Source of the DNA: Atribacterota bacterium | GTDB taxonomy: Bacteria; Atribacterota; Phoenicimicrobiia; Phoenicimicrobiales; Stramentimicrobiaceae | Direction of reading: 5' to 3' | DNA length: 64,000 nucleotides | Assembly: GCA_040767965.1 (NCBI GenBank) | Contig: JAXGNR010000007.1 | Coordinates: forward strand, 1 to 64,000 | Shown here: piece by piece, positions 40,156 to 50,535 of the stretch | How the letters are laid out: the number at the start of each line of letters is the position of its first letter | Numbering within the stretch: the stretch's first letter is position 1 | Notes under the pieces: model-generated | What the model saw: the letters and a program-made list of their open reading frames with translations, nothing else | Databases searched by the model: none | Told to the model about the DNA's origin: nothing | Made by a program: the position numbers and the translations under genes

Positions 40156-40857
40156 CTATATCCTCTTGCCTTCACACTTATTATTTTTTCTAGCAATCGC
40201 TTCCTTTAAAGCTTCTATGAGATGTTGAATTTCTTTATGTTTTGTCTTATAGCTTATCCGATTTGTAATTAACCTTGCACTAATGGTTGTAATTTCATCT
40301 AAAATATTTAAATTATTTTCTTTTAATGTTTTTCCGGTAGATACCAGATCAACGATAAAATCTGCCAGTCCTACCTGAGGCGCCAGTTCTATGGAACCGC
40401 AAAGTGGTACAATTTCTCCGTGCAAACCTTTTTTTCTGCAATAATAATTGCTGATATTTGGATATTTGGTAGCAATCTTAACCGGGAAGTATTGTTTTAA
40501 TTCATTCAAAAATATTTCTTTGGATTTAGTGCCAGCTAAAACTATTTTACATCTGCCTAATTCCAAATCTAGCAATTCATATACATCTTTCTTTTCTTCT
40601 AAAAGAATATCTTTTCCAACCACTCCTACATCGGCAACTCCACATTCTACATAAGTAGAATTATCTTTAGGTTTTGTAATGATGAACCGATAGTTCTTTT
40701 TTTCATTATAAAAAACTAAATGTCTATCTTTTTTAAGATTGTAGCTTATTGAACCAAAATAGCCTGATTCTTCAAATAAATTTATGATTGATTGAAATAA
40801 TCTTCCACTTGGCAATGCTATGGTCATTATGTGAGAATTATTTATTATCTCATTCAT
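40156..40857 (-). CDS. hisG: ATP phosphoribosyltransferase, short form
   Basis: IALPSGRL, GVVGKD, ATKYP, GSIELAP.VGLAD, TGKTLKEN. Confidence 0.95.
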   Translation of the reverse strand: MNEIINNSHIMTIALPSGRLFQSIINLFEESGYFGSISYNLKKDRHLVFYNEKKNYRFIITKPKDNSTYVECGVADVGVVGKDILLEEKKDVYELLDLELGRCKIVLAGTKSKEIFLNELKQYFPVKIATKYPNISNYYCRKKGLHGEIVPLCGSIELAPQVGLADFIVDLVSTGKTLKENNLNILDEITTISARLITNRISYKTKHKEIQHLIEALKEAIARKNNKCEGKRI

Positions 40858-42119
40858 GAAATATCCCTTTCTGCTGTATTTTCTTGCAAATCATTTTTAG
40901 TAACCTTATCAGGGTTTTGAGCTTCTATTTCAATTAGATAACGGATTTTCTTACGGTAAGCATATTGTATGGAATCCTCTTTTGACCGATCAAAATCCAA
41001 CTCGAATTCTACCAAACATCCTTTTCTTCTTAAATTTTCTGCCAAGCTAAAAGCTGATTTTATTAGACATTCCGGAAATCTAATAAAATACTTTTTAGCA
41101 TCTAATTGATGATTCAGCAAACTCTCTTTCTGCCTTAAAACTGTTAATAACCTTTCTATACCTATAGCAATCCCGGTAGAAGGTATATTTTTACCAAAAT
41201 TTTGGCATAAAGAATCATAACGACCACCACCGCAAATAGCAGACCCTGACTGACTTGTATATCCTTCAAAAATTATTCCAGTGTAATAATCAAAATCACG
41301 GATAATTCCTAAATCAATTAAAATATATTTATCTAATCCGAATATTTTTAAATAGTTATAAACTTCTTTTATTTCCTGCAAAGCAGCTAATGCTATTTTG
41401 TTTTTTTTGACAAATGTTTTTTCTGCATCAAAAATAACACTATCATCCCCTCGCCAATGCGGCAGACACAGGATTATTTTTTGCTCATCCCGAGTAAGTC
41501 CGCAGCCGGATAATAGATTTTCCAGTAAAACAAAATCTTTATTCATAACTGTTTTTCTTAATTTGTATTTTTGATCAATGGTTAGAGGCAATTGATTTGT
41601 AACAGCGTTAAAAAACTTTGCACTTCCAATATCAATAAAAAATTCATCCAGGCCACTGTTTAATATAGACTGAATAGCTACTGCTATAATTTCAGCATCC
41701 GCCAATCTGCTATCCAATCCTAATAATTCGATTCCAGCCTGGTGAAATTCTTGTTGCTCGTCTGTTTGGGTGTTAATTTTACGGAATACATTGTTCAGAT
41801 AATAAAACTTTTTAAACCCTTCCCTTTTTATATTCAATTTAGTGGCTGCAACTCGAGCAATCGGAGTAGTCATGTCAGGGCGTAATACAACTATTTCTCC
41901 ATCAACATTAAGGAATTTAAACATTTTATCCTTTAAACCAGGGCCGATACCTTTTGTTAAAATATCATAATACTCTAATGTTGGAGTATCAATCTCCTGA
42001 TATCCCCATTGTCGAAACACCTGTGTTAATTTATTTTCACATGCCCTTCTGCTTTCCATCTCTTCAGGCAAGGTATCCTGGAAGCCTTTTATTATATTCA
42101 TAGCAATCCTTTTTATCAT
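40854..42119 (-). CDS. hisZ: ATP phosphoribosyltransferase regulatory subunit
   Basis: HisRS-like: TPTLEYY, LRPDMTTPIAR, QAGIELLG, YYTG, GGRYD; precedes short hisG. Confidence 0.92.
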   Translation of the reverse strand: MIKRIAMNIIKGFQDTLPEEMESRRACENKLTQVFRQWGYQEIDTPTLEYYDILTKGIGPGLKDKMFKFLNVDGEIVVLRPDMTTPIARVAATKLNIKREGFKKFYYLNNVFRKINTQTDEQQEFHQAGIELLGLDSRLADAEIIAVAIQSILNSGLDEFFIDIGSAKFFNAVTNQLPLTIDQKYKLRKTVMNKDFVLLENLLSGCGLTRDEQKIILCLPHWRGDDSVIFDAEKTFVKKNKIALAALQEIKEVYNYLKIFGLDKYILIDLGIIRDFDYYTGIIFEGYTSQSGSAICGGGRYDSLCQNFGKNIPSTGIAIGIERLLTVLRQKESLLNHQLDAKKYFIRFPECLIKSAFSLAENLRRKGCLVEFELDFDRSKEDSIQYAYRKKIRYLIEIEAQNPDKVTKNDLQENTAERDIS

Positions 42120-42204
42120 CTTATTTTTCTATTTTCCATTTTCATTTAATATTTTATTTATTTAAATCTTTACCTTATTAAATACCTAAATATAAATTAA
42201 AGAA

Positions 42205-42233
42205 AGTATATCATCTATCATTTAAAAGGTCAA
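42205..42233 (-). promoter_or_regulatory. Putative sigma70 promoter of the his operon
   Basis: TTGACC-17 nt-TATACT with TG extension. Confidence 0.6.
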
Positions 42234-42379
42234 CAATAAAATTGATATTTGGATTGAATAAAATATTTCAATAATGTTTGTAGTTTTAACAATGATTGGT
42301 GTCTATTATTGAATGAGGATAGATTAGATGGGAATCCTAAAAATTATATTTTTATATTTATGTTGTCTTTGTATTGGCA

Positions 42380-43255
42380 TTATTTAATATTTTTAAGCAT
42401 TATTCCGGCCGCAAATCGTCCGGTCACACCACGGTCTTTTCTGCTGGAAAAAAAGAGATTAGAATCGCAATAAGTACAAATCTCTGCTATTTCTATATTA
42501 TCAGCAGGAATTTGACACTTCAATAATTGTATTTTATTAGCCTTCCACAAATCGAAGTATACTTTATCTTTATTTGTTGAATTAGTAAAAATCATTGTAT
42601 CTGATTCATCATATACTTCCTTTATTTTTTCCCGGACCTCGGCACCTACTTCATAACAACAACTGCCTATAGATGGGCCAATCCCGCATAGTATATTTTT
42701 AGGTGCACAATTCCAATGTGATTTCATAGTTTTTATTACTTTTTCCGTTATCGATCCTGCTGTTCCTTTCCAGCCGGCATGAATTAAACCTATTACTTTT
42801 TTTTTAAAATCATATACTATTATCGGCACGCAGTCTGCTACAAAAATAAGCAGGCAAATATTCAGTTGATCAGTCAGCAAGGCATCAGTTCCTGTTAGTG
42901 CTGAAGTTAAATCTTTACTTCCCAAACCCTTCATTTTATCATCAACTATAGTGATATTCGTGCCATGTACCTGATTAGCTGTGGTAAAATTGTTTAAGGG
43001 TATATTTAAATAATTTGCCAACCTGGTACGATTTTTTAAAACACTATCAAAATCATCACCTACATGAAAAGCAAGGTTAAGTTCATTAAAAGGCTTTTTG
43101 CTATAACCTCCTTTCCTGTTAGTAATAAAGTGAATAATTTCCTGATGTTTTGCTAAGTTAGCAAAAGAAAAAAGAAACATATCATTATTTGATAAATTCT
43201 TTTTATGGGCATTACTGAAGGATAAAAAGCTTTTTTCGGTTGATTGTTTATCCAT
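42380..43255 (-). CDS. pgeF: PgeF/YfiH (laccase-domain, purine nucleoside phosphorylase-like) protein
   Basis: QVHG, ADCVPI, HAGWKG, GPSIG.CCYEVG, CT, FFS.R. Confidence 0.88.
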   Translation of the reverse strand: MDKQSTEKSFLSFSNAHKKNLSNNDMFLFSFANLAKHQEIIHFITNRKGGYSKKPFNELNLAFHVGDDFDSVLKNRTRLANYLNIPLNNFTTANQVHGTNITIVDDKMKGLGSKDLTSALTGTDALLTDQLNICLLIFVADCVPIIVYDFKKKVIGLIHAGWKGTAGSITEKVIKTMKSHWNCAPKNILCGIGPSIGSCCYEVGAEVREKIKEVYDESDTMIFTNSTNKDKVYFDLWKANKIQLLKCQIPADNIEIAEICTYCDSNLFFSSRKDRGVTGRFAAGIMLKNIK

Positions 43256-43320
43256 TAATCTGTTTCCTGAATATTTTTATTAATTATTTTTATTGTATTT
43301 TTACTCTTTTTTGAATTTTT

Positions 43321-44031
43321 TTACTCTTCCCCAAAATGAACATGTTTGTATAACCAGTTCTCCAAGGGTGCAAAATCTTTAAAAATATTAAATACAAATT
43401 TTAAAATATTTTGACTATAAAGCTCTGGTGGAATCTGAATCTCCGTACTGGCTAACAATCCGTTAAAACGGATTAAATCCTCAAATTTATCACTTACCTT
43501 ATACCCTTCAGGAATTCTTTTATAAAATGGTTTGCTAATTTTATAGTCATTTTTACTTTTCAGCTTTTCCATAATACCAAGCAATTGATCACCAATTTCT
43601 TGTTTAGAAACAGCTTGCCGAAAGGCGGTAAGATTCTTCCGGGAGAAAATTTTATTCCCGGCGGCTAAATATAGCGCCTCTGGCCTTAGTTCAAAATAAT
43701 AACCTGGAGAATCATGTGTTTTCCTTTTTCCTTGCCAGAAGCATATGCCTAGAAATGTCTTATAAGGGTCCTGATCACTCATATTTCTAGTATCCTGATA
43801 TATTCTGCGAATAGAACGGTTTATTTTTGGTTCAGCATTAATTTCTGAGGATATCTTTTCGAGCATTTTGCCCATTTCAACCACAAATTCCATGGCTGGT
43901 TTTATAACTTTCTTGTTGTAATCTTTTTTTCTGGCTAAAAACCATTCTTGATTATTGTTTTCTTTCAAGTTTTTCAGAAAAAAAACGGTTTCCGCTGAAA
44001 ATCCTTCAAATTGACTTTCTTTAGTTAACAT
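43321..44031 (-). CDS. DUF2461 family protein
   Basis: FLKNLKENNNQEWF, RIYQDTR, PYK, GYYF; start at 44031 behind GGAGG. Confidence 0.75.
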   Translation of the reverse strand: MLTKESQFEGFSAETVFFLKNLKENNNQEWFLARKKDYNKKVIKPAMEFVVEMGKMLEKISSEINAEPKINRSIRRIYQDTRNMSDQDPYKTFLGICFWQGKRKTHDSPGYYFELRPEALYLAAGNKIFSRKNLTAFRQAVSKQEIGDQLLGIMEKLKSKNDYKISKPFYKRIPEGYKVSDKFEDLIRFNGLLASTEIQIPPELYSQNILKFVFNIFKDFAPLENWLYKHVHFGEE

Positions 44032-44083
44032 TACTATCCTCCTATCGGACAATATTTAATTAAGCTTGTAGATTATAATAGGA

Positions 44084-44725
44084 TTAATTTTTAGAATCTA
44101 ACTCAAGTTCATTTATCTTTTTAAATAAAAGGCTGGCTAGTTTAAAATGATTTTTTTCATTAAGATGAATTCCATCTATTTTACTTACTTTTATTTTATT
44201 TGTTATATCCAAAAAATGACAATGCATTATTCTGGATATATTTTGATATTCCCGGGTAAGGCTGATAGATTTTTCTCTAGAATCCCTGAAAGAGGAATTT
44301 ATCATGACATTATCAAAGGTGTGAGGCACGGGAAGTAAAATTATGTCAGGGATCTTATCATGGTAACCATATTGGCCATTTTTTATTGATTGAATCATTT
44401 TTTGCATATTAGTGCTAATACGTTGAATTGAATTAGAAAAATAATATTTTAGATCATTAGTCCCTAAAAATATTATAATAATATCAAAAGGCTTATGTGA
44501 TTCCATACAAGGTAATAAATATTTTAAACCATTTCTACCTGGATGCAAAGGGTCATCATCAGCAATAGTTCTGCCATTTAATCCTTCTTCTAAAATAGAA
44601 TACTTCCCCTCTAAAGAATTAGCAAGAATCCCAGTCCAGCGCTTACTATATTCAAATCTTTCGCCAGTACCTGGTATATAACCCCAGGTATTTGAATCTC
44701 CAAAACAAAGTACTCTTTTAATCAT
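44084..44725 (-). CDS. SGNH/GDSL hydrolase
   Basis: FGDSNTWG, EGLNGRT, LGTND, DGIH. Confidence 0.9.
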   Translation of the reverse strand: MIKRVLCFGDSNTWGYIPGTGERFEYSKRWTGILANSLEGKYSILEEGLNGRTIADDDPLHPGRNGLKYLLPCMESHKPFDIIIIFLGTNDLKYYFSNSIQRISTNMQKMIQSIKNGQYGYHDKIPDIILLPVPHTFDNVMINSSFRDSREKSISLTREYQNISRIMHCHFLDITNKIKVSKIDGIHLNEKNHFKLASLLFKKINELELDSKN

Positions 44726-45311
44726 CAGATGTAGGATTTCCTCTAAGCCCTAATTCGTCAGCAATTTCCTGCATACCTTTTATGGTATCATCAATTAATT
44801 CAGATAATTCCATACCAAGCATTTCTGCTCCTCGCGTTATTATGTTTCTATCAACACCAGCTGCAAATCTTTTATCTTTCCATTTTTTTTTCACAGACTT
44901 CACTTTTACATCAAAAATACTTTTTGATGGTCTGACCAGAGCAGTCGTGACAACTAATCCTGTTAACTCATCAATAGCATAAAGCGTTTTTTCTAAATCT
45001 GTTTCAGGTTTCACTTCTGAACAAATACCCCAACCATGGCTTATAACTGCCCTAATATATTCTGCTGGCCAATTGTGTTCTTCTAAAATATCCTTACTCT
45101 TACTACAATGCTGTTGAGGATATTTTTCATAGTCCAAATCATGCACTAAGCCAATAACACCCCACTTTTCCACATCTTCACCTTTTTTGCTTGCCATGTA
45201 GCGCATTACTCCTTCAACGGCCAGGGCATGTTTAATCAAGCTGTCTTCTTGATTATATTCTTTCAGTAAGTCTAAAGCATCTTCTCTTGTTGGCACATAA
45301 TTATTATCCAT
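44718..45311 (-). CDS. HD/HDIG-domain hydrolase
   Basis: HALAVE, HDLDYE, H..., DELTG, FAAGVDR. Confidence 0.82.
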   Translation of the reverse strand: MDNNYVPTREDALDLLKEYNQEDSLIKHALAVEGVMRYMASKKGEDVEKWGVIGLVHDLDYEKYPQQHCSKSKDILEEHNWPAEYIRAVISHGWGICSEVKPETDLEKTLYAIDELTGLVVTTALVRPSKSIFDVKVKSVKKKWKDKRFAAGVDRNIITRGAEMLGMELSELIDDTIKGMQEIADELGLRGNPTSDD

Positions 45312-45415
45312 GAATACCTCCCATGTTCTGCATTGAACGCTATCTGATTGCTATACATTATAACATCACGTTATAAGAATTGAAAGTAATTGAAATTTTT
45401 ACAATTATTATCTCT

Positions 45416-46780
45416 TTATAACGCGTAAAGCTCCTCTTCATACTTTATTTTCCGGACTTCATTCTTAAGGAAAAACCAGGTTATAATTGCTGAAAAGATA
45501 TCTGCAGCAGGGTATGATATCCATATCCCCATTAAACCTAATTTAAAATAACCTGGAAGAATAATTATTAAAGGTATAAACAATAACACTCTTCTTAATA
45601 ACGAAAAAGTTATCGCAGGTAAGGCCTTGCCTAATGATTGAAACAATGCAGCACCTGTCATTTGTATGCTTAAAAATGGAATGCTAAATACCATAAGTCT
45701 CATAATAGGGACTCCTGCTTCAATAATATGCAATTCATTAGTAAAAATACAAAAAACTTTAGAAGGCCAGAATATTATTATTAAACAAAGAGAGGTTGAC
45801 AATAAAAATAAAACCTTAATTGTTAAATTTAATACCTGGTAAACCCTTTTAAATTTTTTGGCACCATAATTATATCCAGCTATTGGCTGCATTCCCTGCA
45901 CCACTCCAAACATAGGCATAAACAAAAAACGAGTTATTTTAATAATTATACCTAAAATAATGATTGGAACATCCCCACCGTAGAAACGTAAAGATTGATT
46001 TACTAATAAAGTGGATACACTGCCTGAAGATAATCGAGCAAAAGAAGGTAAGCCAACCGTGATAATTTCTTTGATAATAGACCAATCAGGTGTTAAATGT
46101 TTTATTTTGATTCCTAAGGAAGTCTCTTTACTATAAATGTATTTGAGAACATATAAAAAAGAAAAAAACTGAGCACATATTGTTGCTAATGCTGCGCCTT
46201 GTATTCCTAGCTGGAATTTAAAGATAAAAATCGGATCAAATACAATATTTAATATTGCACCAATTGACATAGATATCATTGCTACTCTGGCATTGCCTTC
46301 AGCCCTGATAAGGTTGTTTGAAGAAACCGCAAAAGAAAAGAAGGGCAATCCCAACAATATAGTTCTAACATAATCTTTGGAATAGGGCAGGATATTTGCA
46401 GTTGCCCCGAAGAAAAGAAGGATTTGTTCAATATAATTTAAACAAATTAAAGATACACTAATAGATAGCAACATGATGCAAAAAAATGAATTTCCCACTA
46501 CAAACTTAGCGCGTTCAGCATTACCAGCACCTAAGCTTCTTGAAACAGCAGAACCTGCCCCTATTCCAATAGTTTGAGCAATTGCCAAAAGCAGCATTTG
46601 TAACGGAAAAGCTATTGCAAGGGCCCCTATTGCTAATGAGCCTACTCCTCTTCCAACAAAGATTGTATCTATTAGATTATAAAGAGCATTTGCTATCATT
46701 CCTACTACTGCCGGAAAAGATAACCTTAAGAGTAGTTTGTTTATTTCTTCCTGACCAAGAAGTAAGACTTTTTTCTTAAT
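45416..46780 (-). CDS. MATE family efflux transporter (MepA-like); probable non-canonical ATT start at 46780
   Basis: ALYNLIDTIFVG, RAEGNA, NIVFDPIFI, GYNYGA; reading frame open 27 codons upstream of ATG 46699 (LLGQEEINKLLLRLSFPAVVG). Confidence 0.85.
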   Translation of the reverse strand: MKKKVLLLGQEEINKLLLRLSFPAVVGMIANALYNLIDTIFVGRGVGSLAIGALAIAFPLQMLLLAIAQTIGIGAGSAVSRSLGAGNAERAKFVVGNSFFCIMLLSISVSLICLNYIEQILLFFGATANILPYSKDYVRTILLGLPFFSFAVSSNNLIRAEGNARVAMISMSIGAILNIVFDPIFIFKFQLGIQGAALATICAQFFSFLYVLKYIYSKETSLGIKIKHLTPDWSIIKEIITVGLPSFARLSSGSVSTLLVNQSLRFYGGDVPIIILGIIIKITRFLFMPMFGVVQGMQPIAGYNYGAKKFKRVYQVLNLTIKVLFLLSTSLCLIIIFWPSKVFCIFTNELHIIEAGVPIMRLMVFSIPFLSIQMTGAALFQSLGKALPAITFSLLRRVLLFIPLIIILPGYFKLGLMGIWISYPAADIFSAIITWFFLKNEVRKIKYEEELYAL

Positions 46781-46951
46781 TGTCTCTTACCCTCTTTCAC
46801 TATTTGTTGTTTGGATTGTCATCACAAAACAATTAAGAATTATATCCAAAGAAGTAGAAAAAGTAAAGCATCTTGTTCTATTTGGAAAGTAGTAATTAAA
46901 ATTAACCAAAAAATAAAAACAATTTTTTCATGAATATTTATCATAAGGAAA

Positions 46952-48064
46952 TTAATTTTTCTTGATACTCATTTCTTGATACTCATTTAATAAATCATTT
47001 ATTAATTCTTTTACAGTTATTATTTTATCTATTCGATATGCATTGGCACCGGCAAATGCGAATCCTTCTTCAAAAAGTCCCTTCTGAGCATGTGTTAAGG
47101 CTGAAGCAATACAATAAGGTGCAGTTTTAAAATCACAAGTTTTCAGACATTTCCAATAACATCTGAAAGGTTTTTGTCTACCATCAGAAACTTCCTGTAA
47201 AAATCCATTTTTAATAGCTCTGCCTGGCAGCCCAACCGGGCTATTTATAATTGTTAAATCTTCCTTTCTGCAATTAATATAAGCCTGTTTGAATTTAGTT
47301 GAAGCATCACATTCTTCTGTTGCCACAAAGCGAGTAGCCATTTGAACACCTTGTGCACCTAACTGAAAATAGCGAAATATGTCAGAGCCAGAAAAAATAC
47401 CACCAGCAACAATTACAGGAATATTTTTGTTGAATTCTGTTCCAAATTTTTTTAATTCTGAAATAACCTCAGGGAGAATTTTTTCAAGTGCAAATTCTGG
47501 GCTGTCTATTTGTTCAGGATTATATCCTAAATGCCCTCCTGCCAAAGGACCTTCTAATACTACCGCATCAGGTATGTAGTTATAGTGTTTTTGCCAGTGC
47601 TTAAAGATAATTTTTGCAGCTCTGGCAGATGATATAATAGGTATAATTTTAGGTTTTTTGTCACCAGGGAAACGAGGAATTAATTTTTCCATCCCTTTTA
47701 AAGGCAACCCTGCTCCCAGCATAACTAAATCAGCTTTTTCTTCAATGGCTATTTGAAGCATGCTATCAAAATCAGATAGAGCTACCATTATGTTTACTCC
47801 GATAACCCCTGCTGTAGCAGATCTGGCTTTTCGAATTTCTTTACGCAATGCTCTTTGATTTGCTTTTCTAAAATCGGTGTTAAAATCCGGCTCCATCATC
47901 CCAATTCCAGCTGTGCCTATTACCCCAGCACCTCCTGCATTAGCCACTGCTGAAGCTAATCCGGATAAAGATATGCCTACCGCCATCCCACCTTGTATAA
48001 TAGGAATCTTGATTGTTAAATCTCCGATATTTAGACTAGGCATATTTTTTTTGTTCATTTTCAA
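46952..48064 (-). CDS. Nitronate monooxygenase-family flavoprotein, FabX/UfaA-like, with a C-terminal 4-Cys motif
   Basis: PIIQGGMAVGIS, GAGLP, EGPLAGGHLG, GVQMATRF, SPVGLPGRA, CYWKCLKTC...YCI, GANAYRIDKI; last gene of the fab operon. Confidence 0.8.
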   Translation of the reverse strand: MKMNKKNMPSLNIGDLTIKIPIIQGGMAVGISLSGLASAVANAGGAGVIGTAGIGMMEPDFNTDFRKANQRALRKEIRKARSATAGVIGVNIMVALSDFDSMLQIAIEEKADLVMLGAGLPLKGMEKLIPRFPGDKKPKIIPIISSARAAKIIFKHWQKHYNYIPDAVVLEGPLAGGHLGYNPEQIDSPEFALEKILPEVISELKKFGTEFNKNIPVIVAGGIFSGSDIFRYFQLGAQGVQMATRFVATEECDASTKFKQAYINCRKEDLTIINSPVGLPGRAIKNGFLQEVSDGRQKPFRCYWKCLKTCDFKTAPYCIASALTHAQKGLFEEGFAFAGANAYRIDKIITVKELINDLLNEYQEMSIKKN

Positions 48065-48083
48065 CCTCTGTTTCTATTCTTCT

Positions 48084-48521
48084 TTAATTAATTATTTTAT
48101 TTTCTATGGCAAAAATAAGTTCTGCTTCTACTGCCAGTTCTCCTTCTACCAAAGCAATGCCCTTCCCAATCCCGAAAGAACCTCTTTTTTTAATGATTTC
48201 AGTTTCCAACTGAAGACAGTCTCCTGGTATAACCTTTTTTTTAAAGCGAGCCTTATTGATCCCTCCAAAAAAAACTAACTTTCCTTCATTTTCCTTATTA
48301 GATAAAATAGCCACTGCTCCAACTTGGGCCAGGGCTTCTATCATTAATACTCCAGGCATAATCATTTCTTGAGGAAAGTGTCCTTGGAAAAAAGATTCAT
48401 TTGCAGTTATATTTTTAAAACCAGCAGCTCTTACACCTGGAACAATTTCTTTTATTCTATCAACAAGTAAAAATGGAGGTCTGTGTGGAATTATTTTTTG
48501 TATTTCATCACTATTTAACAA
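48084..48521 (-). CDS. fabZ: 3-hydroxyacyl-ACP dehydratase
   Basis: [28 protein letters not shown]. Confidence 0.96.
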   Translation of the reverse strand: MLNSDEIQKIIPHRPPFLLVDRIKEIVPGVRAAGFKNITANESFFQGHFPQEMIMPGVLMIEALAQVGAVAILSNKENEGKLVFFGGINKARFKKKVIPGDCLQLETEIIKKRGSFGIGKGIALVEGELAVEAELIFAIENKIIN

Positions 48522-48536
48522 TTTTATATTCTCCTC

Positions 48537-49772
48537 TTAGTACCATTTCTTTAGAAGGAGGCTTACATTGTGACCTCCAAAACCGAAGGAATTGGATAAT
48601 GTATATTTTAAATCTTTTACTCTTCCTTTTCCCGGCACATAATCTAAGTCGCATTCAGGGTCAGGATTCTCTAATCCAATAGTTGCGGGTATATAACTGT
48701 CATTTATTGATTTAATACAAATGATGGCTTCTATTGAGCCGGCTGCACCTAACATGTGAGCAGTCATTGATTTAGTTGAACTAATAGGAATCGAATAAGC
48801 ATCTTCACCAAACACATTTTTTATAGCTTTTGTTTCACACAAATCATTGAGAGGAGTGCTGGTTCCATGAGCATTTATGTAAGATACCTCTGTTGGAGAT
48901 ATTCCTCCCTCTTTAATGGCCAATCTCATAGCATTGGCACCACCCCTGCCTTCCGGGTCAGGTGCTGTAATGTGATAAGCATCACAGGTAATTCCGCAAC
49001 CAACTATTTCAGCATAAATTTTGGCATTTCTTTTTTGTGCATTTTCTAATGTTTCCATAACTACAATACCAGAGCCTTCTCCCATAACAAAACCGCTTCT
49101 GTCTGCATCAAAAGGAATGGATGCTCTTTGAGGTTGATTATCTGAATATAGTGCCCCCATTGAACTAAACCCAGCTACTGATAAAGGGGTAACTGCCGCC
49201 TCTGTCCCTCCGCTAATAATAACCGAAGCCATTCCCTGCTGCAAAAGGCGATATGAATAATTAATTGCAGAAGCACCTGAGGCACATGCGGTTACGACAC
49301 ATTCGCATATTCCTTTTAATCCATATCGAATGGCAATATTAGCAGAAGCAATATTTGAAATAGCCATTGGAATAAAGAAAGGAGAAACTCTTTTAGGACC
49401 TTTTTTAATTATTTTTTCATTTTCCTTTTCGACTGTAGAAAAACCACCTATTCCTGTCCCGAGAATAACACCCCAATCATTAGCTGAGCTGGGTTTTATT
49501 TCTAATCCAGAATCTTTTATAGCCTCATCAGCAGCAATAATTGCCATTTGAGAAAATCTATCCATTCTTTTGGCTTCTTTGAAGTCAAGAACACCAAGAT
49601 CATCTATATTTTTTACTTCAGCAGCGATTTTCACCTTAAATTCTGAAGTATCAAAAGCCTCAATAAAATCAATTCCACAAACACCTTTTTTAATATTAGA
49701 CCAAAATGATTGAACATTATTCCCAATTGGCGTCACTGCACCTAAACCTGTAATAACAACTCTATGTTTCAA
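48537..49772 (-). CDS. fabF: 3-oxoacyl-ACP synthase II
   Basis: RVVITGLG, TACAS, NAHGTST, HMLGAAG, SNSFGFGG. Confidence 0.95.
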   Translation of the reverse strand: MKHRVVITGLGAVTPIGNNVQSFWSNIKKGVCGIDFIEAFDTSEFKVKIAAEVKNIDDLGVLDFKEAKRMDRFSQMAIIAADEAIKDSGLEIKPSSANDWGVILGTGIGGFSTVEKENEKIIKKGPKRVSPFFIPMAISNIASANIAIRYGLKGICECVVTACASGASAINYSYRLLQQGMASVIISGGTEAAVTPLSVAGFSSMGALYSDNQPQRASIPFDADRSGFVMGEGSGIVVMETLENAQKRNAKIYAEIVGCGITCDAYHITAPDPEGRGGANAMRLAIKEGGISPTEVSYINAHGTSTPLNDLCETKAIKNVFGEDAYSIPISSTKSMTAHMLGAAGSIEAIICIKSINDSYIPATIGLENPDPECDLDYVPGKGRVKDLKYTLSNSFGFGGHNVSLLLKKWY

Positions 49773-49785
49773 TTTTCATCACCTC

Positions 49786-50535
49786 TTATATTTCCATACC
49801 ACCGTCAATCCGAAATACTTGACCGGTAATATAATCTGCTTCATTTGATACTAAAAAGTTAACTATATTAGCAACTTCTTTTGGTAATCCAAATCTCCCT
49901 AAAGAGATTCTTGTTAATATCTTTTCTTTTTGTTCTTCTGTAAGAGAATCAGTCATATCAGTTTTGATAAAACCAGGTGCAATAGCATTTACGGTAATAT
50001 TTCTTGCCCCTAACTCTTTAGCGGCGGATTTGGTAAAACCAATAATTCCTGCTTTTGCTGCAGCATAATTAGCTTGACCAAAATTACCTGCTATTCCCAC
50101 TACAGAAGATAAATTAATAATTTTCCCATAATGGGCTTTCATCATAAACTTACTGGCATATTTAGTACAATAAAATGTTCCCAAAAGATTTGTAGATATT
50201 ACCTGGCTAAAATCCTTTTCTTTCATTCTAATCAATAGGTTATCCCTGGTTATCCCAGCATTATTTACTAAAATATCTAAAGTTTTATATACATCCAATG
50301 AGGCCTGTATAATTCTTTGCGCTTCTTCTGGAATACTTACATCACCTTGTACTGTTATACAATTTCTTCCTAAGTCAGAAATTTCTTTTGCTGTTAACCG
50401 AGCTGCTTCTTCATTTTTAATATAATTCACAACTATATTGGCTCCTGATTCAGCTAAGCGCAAAGCTATTGCCTTGCCAATTCCACGGACACCACCTGTA
50501 ATCAGGGCAGTTTTTCCTTTTAAATCAATAGACAT
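49786..50535 (-). CDS. fabG: 3-oxoacyl-ACP reductase
   Basis: TGGVRGIG, NNAGITRD, YAAAKAG, PGFIKTDMT. Confidence 0.95.
   Translation of the reverse strand: MSIDLKGKTALITGGVRGIGKAIALRLAESGANIVVNYIKNEEAARLTAKEISDLGRNCITVQGDVSIPEEAQRIIQASLDVYKTLDILVNNAGITRDNLLIRMKEKDFSQVISTNLLGTFYCTKYASKFMMKAHYGKIINLSSVVGIAGNFGQANYAAAKAGIIGFTKSAAKELGARNITVNAIAPGFIKTDMTDSLTEEQKEKILTRISLGRFGLPKEVANIVNFLVSNEADYITGQVFRIDGGMEI

Noticed and set aside
42120-42204. His leader peptide, attenuator or T-box upstream of hisZ
   Set aside because: Short AT-rich leader with no His-codon run, T-box motif or terminator hairpin
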